Shown: one piece after another, positions 14,185 through 26,240 of the stretch | Layout: every line of letters begins with the position of its first letter | Numbering within the stretch: the first letter of the stretch is position 1 | NCBI RefSeq assembly: GCF_902713615.1 | Contig: NC_052147.1 | Coordinates: forward strand, 93,121,044 to 93,185,043 | Length of the DNA: 64,000 nt | DNA from: Scyliorhinus canicula | Taxonomy: Eukaryota | Direction: 5' to 3' | Notes under the pieces: generated by a model | What the model was told of the DNA's origin: nothing | Database searches by the model: none | Seen by the model: only the letters and a program-made list of their open reading frames with translations | Translations under genes and position numbers: made by a program

Positions 14185-14780
14185 ATGTGAGGCTACAGGA
14201 GCAGGAGTAGGCCTTTTGGCCCTTCGAGCCTGCTCTGCCATTCATCACGATCATGGCTGATCATCCAACTCAATAGCTGAATCCTGCTTTCTCCCCATAA
14301 GCCTTTGATCCCATTCTCCCCAAGTGCTATATCCAGCCACCTCTTGACTATATTCAAAGTTTTAACATCAACTACTTCCTGTGGTAATGAATTCCACAGG
14401 CTCACCACTCTTTGGGTGAAGAAATGTCTCCTTATACCCTTATATCTGTCCGAAATGGTTTACCCTGAATCCTCAGACTGTGACCCCTTGTTCTGGACAC
14501 ACCCATCATTAGTAACATCTTCCCTGCATCTACCCTGTCTAGTCCTGTTAGAATTTTATAAGTCTCTATGAGATCCCCCCTCATTCTTCTGAACTTCAGT
14601 GAGAACAATCCCAACCTAGTCAATCTCTCCTCATATGACAGTCCCGCCGTCCCTGGAATCAGTCTGGTAAACCTTTGCTGCACTCCCTCGAGAGCAAGGA
14701 CTTCCTTCCTCAGAGAAGGAGACCAAAACTGCACACAATGCTCCAGGTGTGGCTCATCAAGGCCCTGTATAATTGCAACA
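14185..14780 (-). mobile_element. 5'-truncated CR1 LINE 3' end
   Basis: PHLEHCVQFWSP, LSYEERL, RRMRGDLIETYKI, RTRGH; CR1 tail. Confidence 0.9.
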
Positions 14781-15321
14781 ACACAACAGCACAATGCAGA
14801 AAGGCCACATGCTCCCAAGAAGGCCGACCTGCCCAAGTTGAGTGAATAGTGATGCAAGTGTGTTAAGTTCTCATTTGGAGACTGAAATGGATCATTGAAT
14901 TGAAGAGAAGAGCAACAAAAGTGATAAGATGGATCTAGCATGGAGGACACTGCTCAAAGAAGATCATCAAAGTGAATCATCATCATCCTCCCGGAAACTG
15001 GTGGCTATTAGCATTACATATTCACGCTTGCCTTTTCTGCCCACTATAATGGCCTCTTTCCTGCTCCCTCAGCCTCCTTGCCCTCATCACCTTCAGCCCT
15101 CTCGACGTCCTCATCATCAGAGGGCACGTGCAGCTTTTCCATCTTGGCATCTGGCAAGACATCCCCACTTTGCAGTGCCAGGTTGTAGGGAACAGCAAAC
15201 CAAAATGATGCGTGAGATCCTTCGGGGAGTGTACTGGCGATCTTCAAGATGCCAATAGCCTGTTCTTTAATGAGTATATTGAGGCATGAGCAGCATTATA
15301 TCTTTCCTCAGAAGAACTTTT

Positions 15322-15600
15322 GTTTATAAATCTTTATAAATGTTTTTATTGGGTTTTTGAACAAGGTATATTAACCGTTATGTACACAGAATAAGAAACA
15401 TACATCTATATATATATACACATATTTAGAAGAGAAGGGCACCCCAACATAGAATACAATAAAATATGAAATAGACTAACTGGTGGGGTACTGTGCACCA
15501 GCTCGACAGCGGCAGCTCTGTGCATCTGGCCGAATTATTTACACCACGTAAGTACGCAACTGTTTGCTGGGGGGAGGGGGGTGGGGGGTGGGGGGGGCAG

Positions 15601-15633
<33 letters not shown>

Positions 15634-16345
15634 GGGGGGGGCAAATATACATTTAGGTGCCGGGGAGATAACCACAGTGTGCGACACCTGGCCGGGTCGC
15701 GTGCCGCTGTCGCCCGCCTCTCCCGGACGGTTCTCGCCGCCGTCCCCCGCTCGCCTCCACTGCTCCTCCCGTCCTCCATCCGCAACCTCCTCGTTTCCCG
15801 CTCCTGGAGATGTCATGCACGTTTTGGCACCCCGTGCCTTCCTTCCGGCTCCCGTTTCCCTGCCCCCCGCCCCATCCCGCTGGTTCTCCTCTCCTGTCCC
15901 CCTCCCTCCACGGTTCGTCCCTCCCTCCTCAAGTTCAGCTGTCTCCCCCCTCCCCCCCCGTGGTTCGCCTTTATTTCTTCAAGTTTAGCCCCCCCACCCC
16001 CCCTCCCACCCTCCCTCCCAGTCCATCTCTCCCTTTCATGCCTTGGCTACCCTCCCCTGATCCTTGACTAAGTTGCCCTGATTCTTGGCTACCTGGCTAT
16101 TCTTTCTCTTGTTCGTTTGCCACAAACAGGTCCCGGAACAGTCGCGTGAATGGCTCCCATGTTCTGTGGAAGCCGTCGTCCGACCCTCGGATGGAGAATT
16201 TGATTTTCTCCATTTGGAGAGATTCCGAGAGGTCTGACAGCCAGTCTTCAGCTCTGGGTGGTGCTGCTGACTGCCAGCCAAACAGGATTCTATGGCGGGC
16301 GATCAGGGAGGCAAAGGCAAGGGCGTCCGCCCTCCTCCCCAGGAA
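15322..16345 (-). mobile_element. 5'-truncated L1/Tx1 (ORF2 C-terminus plus G-rich 3'UTR)
   Basis: ADALAFASLIARHRILFGW...MEKIKF; perfect 17-bp TSD tcctcagaagaactttt (15305-15321 / 16346-16362) with a CT/AAAA endonuclease-type site. Confidence 0.92.
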
Positions 16346-16671
16346 TCCTCAGAAGAACTTTTAGGCAGCCGGACGGGGGTCATTAGCCGCAGCTTTAGTG
16401 GGAGCATTTTTCTCTGAGGAACCAACCCTGGATGTGCTGAGGTCCCTTGAAGATCTCTGAGTCCTGCGATTTACTCAAGGTGTATGTTGTGGCTAACCCC
16501 TGGGTATCTAGAACATACCTGCGTAATGGTGGTTGCAGAACTGCTGCACAGTGACAGAGTGCAACCTTTCCTGTTGATTTTCCATGGCTGTTTCAGGGAG
16601 CTCTTAAAGCCACATGAGAGCAGCCAATAGCATCCTGAATCTGTGGGAATCCGGAAATAGCAACAAAGTCA

Positions 16672-17033
16672 TTGGGGCCTCACGGTAGCAGTTGGGGCCT
16701 CACGGTAGCATGGTGGTTAGCATCAATGCTTCACAGCTCCAGGGTCCCAGGTTCGATTCCCGGCTGGGTCACTGTCTGTGTGGAGTCTGCACGTCCTCCC
16801 GTGTGTGCGTGGGTTTCCTCCGGGTGCTCCGGTTTCCTCCCACAGACCAAAGATGTGCGGGTTAGGTGGATTGGCCATGCTAAATTGCCCGTAGTGTAAG
16901 GTTAATGGGGGGATTGTTGGGTTACGGGTATACGGGTTACGTGGGTTTAAGTAGGGTGATCATTGCTCGGCACAACATCGAGGGCCGAAGGGCCTGTTCT
17001 GTGCTGTACTGTTCTATGTTCTATGTTCTATGT
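16672..17033 (+). mobile_element. Young V-SINE, (TTCTATG)n CR1-tail subfamily, with duplicated 5' end
   Basis: TSD aaagtca (16665-16671 / 17034-17040); near-identical to the copies at 19423 and 32650. Confidence 0.92.
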
Positions 17034-18867
17034 AAAGTCAAGAGCTCTCACAGCCTGGATGGCTTCATCTTGAGAGAACTTCACAGAATTGTGTACCTTG
17101 GTAAATGGGGTGCCCAGTACTTCCTGCATGCGCTTGTGTGTAGAAGCTTGAGAGATCCCACACAGGCCTCCAGTGGAGCCCCAGAAGGAGCCACCCACGA
17201 AGACGTTCAGACCAGCGGTGACTTTGAAAGCAAGTGGCAAATGGATGGCCTCCCAGTCCCTGCAGCTTCAACTCCTCCTGGAGAACATGGCAGATGTGAG
17301 CCACCAGATCCCAGACATGCGGAGATGTCAACAGCATTAGCACTTGCTCATGTCAATGTCTTCTGTACACTCTTAGTCTGGCCAGAAGCCTACACTCAAT
17401 GTCTCTGTGAGCCTCAGCTTCTGGGTTCTGAAGGAGCCCTATTGCCTCTTGCTTATCAGGGTGAGCATCTTCCATTTGCCCAGCATGGCACAGGTGTACC
17501 CTCTTCTCTGCCTTTGCTGTTGCCTGTCTGCCAGAATTCACACCACGTTAACTGGTCCATCCATCGGTCCCTCGCAAATGTCTCTGCGGTGGAGATATGA
17601 GTGAGCAAAAGCTCACTCCAAAGGTCATCTTCCTGTTGCTGTTGAGGGAGTGACTGTGGTGCCAATGGGTTACTTCAATTCTAGCCATCGCATCCCCATG
17701 TAGTCCCTTGGCAGCGCAAATGCAGCCTTCAGGATTACCTGAAGCGCTTCCACCAACTCGGTGTACCACCACCCTCCCTCAAATACATGCTACTGCAATG
17801 ACAGTACTTTGGACATGTGCTTGAATGGCAAGAGTTCAGGCAGGGCACTCTGAGACTGCATCTCAGATTTACACTGCAGCCTAAATGTTCAGTGAGAGAA
17901 TGAAAGTATTTTGGTAGGTTGGGAGTTCCCATCCCTAAACCCGCCAGCTGCAAAGTTTAGAGGTGTTGTGTATTTGTTGCCTTTTTAAAATTGGGATTTT
18001 CCAAGAGTGAGACAGAGGGTTCTGGTAAGGAGATAGTTTAATGGTCCAATTACAAATTGCTCTTGTATGCTTGTAGGAGTGTGCTATGAAAGATTCCCTC
18101 AATTGGACTTGGAATGTTCCTAATATGCTTCTGTTGTGCCTTCATTTCGAAATTTGGAATTTAGGAGGCTGTCCCTTCAACTGGCCCACAAGTGCGATGG
18201 TCAGCTCCTCCCATGAGACCTGAGAGCCCTCCCTTGGAAAACGGTGGTGCTGAGGTTCTACTTCCAAACCAGCTTTGACCCTCTCGCTGTGACTGTAGAA
18301 ATCCCTCCCATCGGCGGGAGGAGCATAATTCTCAGGTCCCCCCCCCCCTCCAATCACTCACCTTCCTCCCCCTCCAATCTTTGATCCGATAGTTATAGTC
18401 ATGAATATCTCTGTCCTACCCCTGAATCTTTTGATGTTGGTACCACACTGGGTGAGTGTGCAGTTTGTTGCAGCCCCACAAACCCCAACATAAGTGAATT
18501 AACCAATATTTTGTGAATTTTCTTGACATCTTTAACCCTTGATTGCTCCAATGAGTTACAGGCACCAGATTTATAACTAAAACATTTACAAACTGTTTAT
18601 TTGTAACACGAGTAAAAGATGAACATAGAATGGAAATAATGAAACTATGGTCTATGAGTCTACCTATTCCCACAACCTTGTCCCACCCTCCACCCAGACA
18701 CACACAAGGCAGAAACCCAGTAAGGAGGTAGGGGAAGAATTGAAATAACGGGAGTTGAAGGAAAAAGTTTGAGATGAATCTTCGCTGCTGTGGTTGTGTC
18801 TGTAGGCACCGGTGTCTTCTCCGAGTGCAACCCTTTGGGGAATGGATTTGGACAAGGTTCAGGTTGG

Positions 18868-19001
18868 TGCAATTTTGTCCTTGGACACCAGATGGAGCTT
18901 TACACAAGAGATTCCGGTTGTTGCACTTCTATCCTTTGCCCACCAGATGGAGCAGGGGATTTGGACCAGTGCAATTCTCTCCTTCGACCACCAGATGGAG
19001 C
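18868..19001 (+). promoter_or_regulatory. Three tandem CTCF-like sites (upstream module + core)
   Basis: TGCAATTTT-n5-TGGACACCAGATGGAGC; TGCACTTCT-n6-TGCCCACCAGATGGAGC; TGCAATTCT-n6-CGACCACCAGATGGAGC. Confidence 0.6.
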
Positions 19002-19083
19002 CACCATTTCCCTGGGAAGTTAATGGAGCTTTAAACCTGATAATCTACAGACTTTTCCATTTGCCTCATCTCTGTACAGAGAC

Positions 19084-19319
19084 GGGGCAGCACGGTGGCA
19101 CAGTGGTTAGCATTGCTGCCTACGGCGCTGAGGACCCGGGTTCGAATCCCGGCCCTGGGTCACTGTCCGCGTGGAGTTTGCACATTCTCCCCGTGTCTGC
19201 GTGGGTTTCGCCCCCACAACCCAAAGATGTGCAGGTTAGGTGAATTGGCCACGCTAAATTGCCCCTTAATTGGAAAAAATAATTGGATACTCTAAAAATT
19301 TAAAAAAAAAAAAAAAAAA
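19084..19319 (+). mobile_element. Young A-tailed V-SINE
   Basis: Intact A/B boxes, ~19-nt pure A tail, perfect 16-bp TSD atctctgtacagagac (19068-19083 / 19320-19335). Confidence 0.95.
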
Positions 19320-19422
19320 ATCTCTGTACAGAGACTCCAGCTGTATTATGAAGATTGTTCTCAGACTTGGCTTTTCACAGTATTCAGACAGAGGATTAAA
19401 GTATTACAAAGTATTACCGTGA

Positions 19423-19746
19423 GGGCCTCACGGTAGTATGGTGGTTAGCATCAATGCTTCACAGCTCCAGGGTCCCAGGTTCGAGTCCCGGCTGGGTCAC
19501 TTTCTGTGTGGAGTCTGCACGTCCTCCCCGTGTGTGCGTGGGTTTCCTCCGGGTGCTCCGGTTTCCTCCCACAGTCCAAAGATGTGCGGGTTAGGTGGAT
19601 TGGCCATGCTAAATTGCCCGTAGTGTAAGGTTAATGGGGGGATTGTTGGGTTACGGGTATGTGGGTTTAAGTAGGGTGATCATTGCTCGGCACAACATCG
19701 AGGGCCGAAGGGCCTGTTCTGTGCTGTACTGTTCTATGTTCTATGT
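19423..19746 (+). mobile_element. Young V-SINE, (TTCTATG)n CR1-tail subfamily
   Basis: Near-identical to 16694-17033 apart from a small deletion in the cgggt(t)a repeat. Confidence 0.92.
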
Positions 19747-19747
19747 A

Positions 19748-19961
19748 AAGAAAATGCTGGAAAATCTCAGCATGTCTGGCAGCATCTGTAGGGAGAGAAA
19801 AGAGGTAAGGTGTCAAGTCCAGATGACCCTCTGTCAAAGTTTTGACAAAGGGTCATCTGGACTCAAAACATTAGCGCTTTTCTCTCCGTACAGATGCTGC
19901 TGAGATTTTGCGGCATTTTCTCTTTGGTTTCATATTCCAGCATCTGAAGTAATTTGGTTTT
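19748..19961. repeat. Long hairpin (palindromic) element, probably Penelope-derived
   Basis: ~90-bp inverted arms around gtcaaag/ttttgac (~19840); decayed TGACAAAGGGTC..GACTC(G)AAAC motif; 14-bp direct repeat attaaagtattaca flanks SINE+hairpin (19395-19408 / 19962-19975). Confidence 0.65.
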
Positions 19962-21418
19962 ATTAAAGTATTACAGACCTGGTGAGAAACTGCTTGCAGC
20001 CCTTCACTCTGAAGTTCCCTTCACAGGTCTAACTGCTGCCTGCAGTCTTCAAATAAGCGTGTCTTCACAGGTCTGGCTGGGAACCTCTTAAATCGCCTGA
20101 AAGGGCCCAGACTGGCGCTGGTGTGCCAGAATCCTCACCAACTTCAAGGAGCATGCCCTGGAGGTGACTGGTGTGGCTGAGGACAGGGCAGTCACCAATG
20201 CAGAGGTTGGCGGACGCCGCCGAGATGAGGAACCACCGGGCTCCACCTGGAGGACCTGTCAAACGGGAGAGGTTATTGCCTTATTGACTGACTCATCTCT
20301 CCCACTGACCACCATGTCCATTCTCCCGCACATCCTCCAGCTGATTTCATCGGCCCATCCCGGGTGGCCCCCTCTCCAGCCTCCCAGGAGAACATCTCGG
20401 AGAAGGGCTCCAAGGATGCCACCGTAATAGTTGAGTCACAGCTGTCGCCCCCACCATCCACCAGTGCAGATACACACAGCTCGGTGGGAAATGTTAGTGG
20501 ACAGGCTTCTGGGGCACAATCTGTTGATGCACATCAGGTGGAGGCAGGAACGCCCAGACGAGACAGCAGTTGGAGGTCTGCTGGGTGCCAGGACCCAGCT
20601 GGGTCCCAGCCTGATGCTGAGCCTGTGGAAGAGGTCATCCCTGAGCTTATGGAGATGTTAGGGTGCGGCCGAGACATTCAGAGGGAGATGGCAGCATCAC
20701 TCCAGCTGATCCATAGCCGCTTGGAGGTGTCCCAGATACTACGGGCGCAGGAGATGTCGTCAACAATGAGTGGCACTGAGGCCAACACTGCTGGGGTGGC
20801 GACCACCGTGGAGAGCCTGGTGCATGACGTCGGCATCTTTGGTGAAGGTGTCCAAGGCATGGCGCAGTCGGTGATTGCTGCGGCTGAGGGCCTCAGCGGA
20901 ATTGCCGACTCACTGGGGGATGTTACCCAGTACCAGGCTGACTTTGATGAGGTTCTGTGGGACATGTCCCGCTCTCAGATGAACATGGCCGAGGCACTGC
21001 GGAGCTTGTCCTAGTCGCAGGTGGGCATTGCCGAGGTTCTGCAGAGCATGGCCCAGTCACTGAGGAGCTTCACTGAGGGCGTTTACATGATGCCGCAGAC
21101 CATGGGGAACCATCAGGGCTGGGAGAGCCAGATGATGCAGTGGCAGCTGCCCTTCCATCCCCAGGTGAACCCCAGGACCATATGGCCACCGAGTGGGAAG
21201 GGGGGCACCGGGTGCCAACCTGGACCCATCCCAGGGAGTGGTGACAGCGGCCACCAGGTCCCCCGAGTTCCACCCCTCTGATGAGGCCACTTCTCACAGC
21301 CAGCACACGGCACAGGGCGATATGCCTGTGCGTGTGCTGCCGACAAGTGAGCCGGGGCCCTCCGGCCTCAGAGTCTAAAGAGGACACCCGCCAGGGGCAT
21401 CGAAGGCCACGAGATGTG

Positions 21419-22897
21419 AACAAAGAACAAAGAACAATGCAGCACAGGAACTGGCTCTTCGGCCCTCCAAGCCTGCGTCAATCACGTGTCCTATCTAGAC
21501 CAAGTGCCTGTTTCCTTCTATACCCTGTCTGTTCATGTGCCTGTCCAGGTCAGTCTTAAAGGTCGCTAACGTATCTGCGTCAACCACCTCACTTGGCAGT
21601 GCATTCCAGGCCACCACCATACTCTTTGTAAAAAACGTGCCCCGCACATCTCCACTGAATCATTCCCTCCTCACCTTGAACATGTGCCCCCTTGTAATTG
21701 TAATTTCCGTCCTGGGAAAAAGCCTCCACCCTATCTATACCCCTAATAATTTTATAAACTTCTATCAGGTCGCCACTCAGCCTCCATCTCTCTCGGGTGA
21801 ACAATACCAGTTGATCCAATCTCTCCTCATAGCTAATACCCTCCATACCAGGCAACATCCTGGTAAACCTTTTCTGTACTCTCTCCAAAGTCTCCACATC
21901 CTTCTGGTAGTGCGGTAACCAGAATTGGACACAGTGGGCACGATTCTCTGCAAAGGCGGAGAGTCGTGAAGGCTGCCACGAAAGCGGCCGTGTTTCACGG
22001 CAGCCTCCGCGCCCCCTCCCGGGACCCGATTCTGCTCCCTGGTCGGGGCTAGCATCACGGCCCCGTGAACTCCGGCATCGCGGGCTTAACGAATTTCGCT
22101 AAGCCCGCGCGCCAAAGTTAGCGACGGCTGACGCATATGATGACATCAGCCGTGCATGCGCGGATTGGACGACTCCAACCCGCGCATGCGCGGGTGACGT
22201 CATCCGCGCATATGCGTCAGACCCGTGGATGCGTGGTCCGTAATGCCCCTCAGCCACTCCTGCGGGGCGGCGGAGGGAGAAAGAGTGCACGGGAATCGGA
22301 CCCGCTGCCCGCGATCGGTGCCCACCAATCGCGGGCCCATGCCACCCAATCGGTGGCATGGTTGTGCAGAACGGCACTTTGCGGCCGTTTTCACGTACTG
22401 GTATAGCAGGTGTATTAAAAACCGTGAAAACGGCCGTAAAGGCCTTGGAAATCGGCCCATCGGCCAGGGGAGAATCGCTGCTCGCCGTAAAAAAACGGCG
22501 AGCAGCGATTCGTGTCGGGGGGCGGGCGTGGGGGGGGGGAATAGCGGGAGGGCGTCGGACCAGCGTCGCCGTAAAAATTTGCGCCGCCCGCTATTCTCCG
22601 CCCCGTCGTGAGTGCGGAGAATCGCACCCAGTGTTCCAAATGTGACCTAACCACATTCTATTTAACTGTAACATAATTTTCGAACTTTTATACTAGATAC
22701 CTCGCCCTATGAAGGCAAGCATGCCATTTGCTTTCTTTACCAACATTTCCACTGGTGCTGCCACTTTTAAGGATCTGTGGACCTGCACGTCCAGATCTCT
22801 GTGTGTCTCTATGCTCCTGATGGTTCTGCCATTTATTTTATAGCTTCCACCTGAATTGGATCTACCAAAATGCATCACCTCGCATTTGTCCGGGTTA
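21419..22897 (-). mobile_element. 5'-truncated CR1 LINE inside the Harbinger remnant
   Basis: MHFGRSN, LERVQKRFTRMLPGM, SYEERL; tail microsatellite (aacaaag)n; short duplication (a)tgtg at the junctions. Confidence 0.9.
21936..22629. mobile_element. Harbinger-type MITE (CpG-rich) inside the CR1
   Basis: TIRs gggcacgattctc / gagaatcgcaccc; 3-bp TSD AGT, confirmed by restoring the CR1 sequence ggacac-agt-gttcc. Confidence 0.9.
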
Positions 22898-25321
22898 AAT
22901 GTGGTAGGGAGCTGGCTGCCTCCACCTCAGATGTGCATCCTGGGGACGCACCTAGACGTAGTGGTAGAGCTAGGAAGGCAAAGCACATCGAGGATCACTG
23001 AGGGCACCAGGGGAGGGTGTGGGGGTAGGTCGGGGGTGAGGGGGCGGGGCTGTGGGGGAGAGGGCAGCACCAGTGGGTGGGTGGGGAATTGTAAAACACA
23101 ATAAGCAATTTTGTGCACAACTATAATGATGTCTCGGACACATTTTTCTGCAATGCATGCCAATCTCCGAATCCTTGGCCCATCTATCCAGGCATTCCCC
23201 CTCCCCTCCTCCTGTGGCACTCACCCACCCTCAGGCCATAGGCATGCCCCAGAGCTGTGCCGCAACCACTGAATGTTCGGATATTGGCTGTGCGTATGTG
23301 GTGTTGCCTCCCGCAGTCTTCAGGCACAGTGTCCATGCAGCAAGGTGTGAAGGGGGTGCTAGGCAATGACTCCAACATGCTCCATGGCTCGCCCACACAC
23401 AGAAATCCACTTGAGTTATGTGAAGTGCTCATTTAACCACGATTGCCAATTCCTTATTAGCAATAGCCTTCAGCCGCACAGCCAGAGGCCTCGGCAGTCA
23501 TGGGAGTTATGGTGGTCGGTGGGGCAGACGGGCAGGGACAAGAGTTTCCCCGGAATGGGTACACACGATCCAGGGGTTGGCATGGTGGTGATAACTGGTT
23601 TCTCGCCATGTTACGGCGAGATCCCAATTTCGCATACAGGAGTGGACCGGTTGCATCACAAACTGTTTGGCACCTGGCGTGGTTCTCGTTTTCTACCTCC
23701 CCCACTATTCCCCGGCCTTGTTTCACTTGAGCGAGAGCCTAACAAGGCCAGAGAAACGCGCCCCAACGCTCTGAGGACTTGCATTCAAATCCCACAATCA
23801 GAGATATTGGAATTTAAATTCAATGAATACATCTGGAATATATAGCTAGTCAACAATTATCATAGATTATTGTAACAACCCATCTGGTTCACTAATGTCC
23901 TTTCAGGAAGGAAATCTGCTGACCTGGTCTGGCTGACATTTGACCCTGGCAATGTAGTTGACTCCTAACTTCAATCTGAAATGCCCTAGCAAGCCACTCA
24001 GTTCAATGGCAAATAGGGATGTGCAACAAATGCTGGCCTTGCCAACAACGTCCACATGAAAGAATACATATACTGCCCTATATAAGATGCAGTGCAGCAC
24101 CTCATAAAGGCTTCATTCACAGCACCTCCCAACCCACAAGGGTGGCAGGTGCATGGGAACACCATCACTTCCATGATTCTTTCCAGCACATACATTGACT
24201 TAACTTTGAAATATACTGCTGCTCCTTCATTGCCACTGGATCAAAGTTCTGCAAGTTATTGCTCACAGCCATTTGGGAGTGCCTTCACCACAAGGATTGT
24301 GGTTGTTCAAGAAGGTGGCTCAGCACCACTACCTCAATTAATTAGGGATGGACAATAAATGCTGGCCTTGTTAGTGATGTTCACATTCCATTGTTCTAAG
24401 TTCTATGAAGGAATAAAACTCCTTTTGTGATGTGCTACTGCAGTTTCCAGTAAAGTTGCCACATGCTCCATTGAAATTCAGAAAAAACTTATTTTGTTAC
24501 TGTGAATGAAAGCTTAAAAGCATTACCTTAAAGATGCCACACATCCTTAGAGACTGACTTTAGAGTCTGTCAAAATGTTCCTTCAATATTATTTTCAGTA
24601 TCCATAAATTGGGAGTTGCACGACTTCAAAGCTATGTGTCGCTTTTTTCTTGACCTCCACTGAGTAAGTCATACATTCTTTCCGGCTTCCCGCACTTCCA
24701 TCTCGCTTGTGTTTTTGTTATGCTGTGTGGTCTTCATTATCCTGCTCCTCCTGTCCTATTCCAGCTGCCTCTGTTATTGTGGTGAATCTGAAGGGATGGA
24801 TTGTACAAGCTAAGAATGGATGGACATTAACCCCTTGAGATTAAGCTATTAGAGGAGGGTGAAGATTACTTCTGGATGGTTTTTCACAAAGAAGCAAGGG
24901 TGACAATGTCGGTGTTCTATCAGTAACCTGGTGCTGATAATATGTCCTCGACCTCACTATCCCCCTTCATAATAATAAAGTTCCTCTCCGACATGGCTCT
25001 TAGGTCATGAAATGCTTGAAGTTGGAGATGCCCCCCTGGGATGGCCTGTCTCTCATAGGCCTGTATGTCGCTTTCTCCTGCAACGAGAATGATTAAATTG
25101 GGTAAATGCTAAAAGTTGAGGAGCAAGAGATGTTCTACTATCATTCTGTGGAGGATAATTTTAGAGTCATGCATACAAGTAATTACTGCTAATAGAACTG
25201 ACCTAAGCACTCAGGATGTTCCAAGACCAATTAATCTCTAACTGAGCTTAGGATATTGGAAAAATTGGACATGAAAATAGTAAGTCAGCATACAAAGTGC
25301 ATTGCAAATATGGGAAGCCTA

Positions 25322-25658
25322 GGGGTGGCACAGTATTTAGCACTGTTGTCACAGCGCCGAGGATCCAGGTTCAATTCTGTCCTTGGGTGGCTGTCTTTGT
25401 GGAATTTGAACATTCTCCCCGTGTCTGCATAGTTTTCCTCTGGATGCTCCGGTTTCTTCCCACAGTCCAAAGACGTGCAGGTTAGGTGGATTTGCCATGC
25501 TAAATCGCCGCTTGGTGTCCAGGGATGTGCAGGTTAGGTTGGGGGTAGGGCAGGTTGGATGAGGGGAGAGGACTTCGCTAGAGTGCACTTTCGGAGGATT
25601 GGTGCAGACTTGATGGCCAAATGGCATTCTTCTGCACTGTAGAGATTCTATGTTTCTA
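25322..25658 (+). mobile_element. HE1-like V-SINE with CR1-type tail
   Basis: tRNA head, full V-core, ...ctgcactgtagagattctatg tail. Confidence 0.85.
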
Positions 25659-26240
25659 TCTGGATTCTCCACTTAACTATGAGCAGTGCGTAAGAGATCT
25701 CCATGCTACAAATATGTTACCTCTTCTTTCCATGACCCATCACTGCCTGGCCATGTGAAGTATTTTTCTTACAGATCTATACACATTGGTGGGGCCTTGA
25801 TTTATCCTTTTTAGTTAGAATGTGCACTATGCTTCAGGGACTCAAATGCTTCAAGTTAAAATCAGGCTATCTCTGTCCCCACTAAAATGCCCACCATAAA
25901 GATACTACAAACTGCGTTTATGGTGAACTCAGAGTTGGAGTGGAACATTGGAATAAAGATTATCGTCAATCTCATTCATTTTCTCCTACCCTGGGAGTCA
26001 CATTATACGATGATAATGGGGTTGTTGACCACTTAATCGCCCTCAGTTTGGCTTCAACACACCCACCTACACGGGAAAACCCCCCAGAGGTGGAGAGCTT
26101 TGGGAACCATTGGGGTAAAGTCACCCGTTCCTCCAAAACATACTGCAGTTGCCATGTTGTGTCTCAAATTACTCAGAATCTGTAGCCCTGACTGTTGGGA
26201 TTGGAGTGTGTGGATTTTGATGAATTCTATTTTTAACCAG

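Larger units (their letters stand above)
14960..17790 (-). pseudogene. Decayed PIF/Harbinger (HARBI1-like) transposase, split by an L1 and a V-SINE
   Basis: Minus-strand peptides KVTAGLNVFVGGSF..GLCGISQAS, ISGFPQIQDAIGCSHVALRAP, NRKG, YNAAHA, EQAIGILK, QYTPRRISRIILVCC, then an acidic tail. Confidence 0.82.
18436..20070 (-). mobile_element. Probable long LTR-like repeat hosting the CTCF-motif array, two SINEs and a hairpin element
   Basis: Begins ~tgttggtacc, has a minus-strand AATAAA at ~18596 and ends ~gtcttcaca; no TSD found, so boundaries are uncertain. Confidence 0.4.
20080..23764 (+). mobile_element. Harbinger element remnant encoding the Myb/SANT-type accessory protein C-terminal half (coiled-coil), ending in a TIR
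   Basis: RAQTG.G..RILT...ALEVTGVAEDRA; heptad region (MAQSVIAAAEGLSGIADSLGDV...); frame continues across a CR1 insertion to ...PRRSGRARKAKHIEDH*; right end agagaaacgcgcccc. Confidence 0.75.

Noticed and set aside
14960-17790. Possible domesticated HARBI1-like gene
   Set aside because: Multiple stops and frameshifts, a deletion in the catalytic region, the first DDE Asp altered (DAIGCSH) and two retroposon insertions.
18868-19001. Repeat-spacer pattern resembling a CRISPR array
   Set aside because: Vertebrate intron, only three degenerate units, no cas genes; better explained as a tandem motif array.
25755-25820. Strong acceptor (ttttcttacag) followed by ATTGGTGGGGCC (IGGA), suggestive of CAPN3 exon 2
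   Set aside because: IGGA is not in the required phase, there is no TDICQG motif, and a stop follows. Exon 2 was not found, so intron 2 is probably longer than 26 kb.
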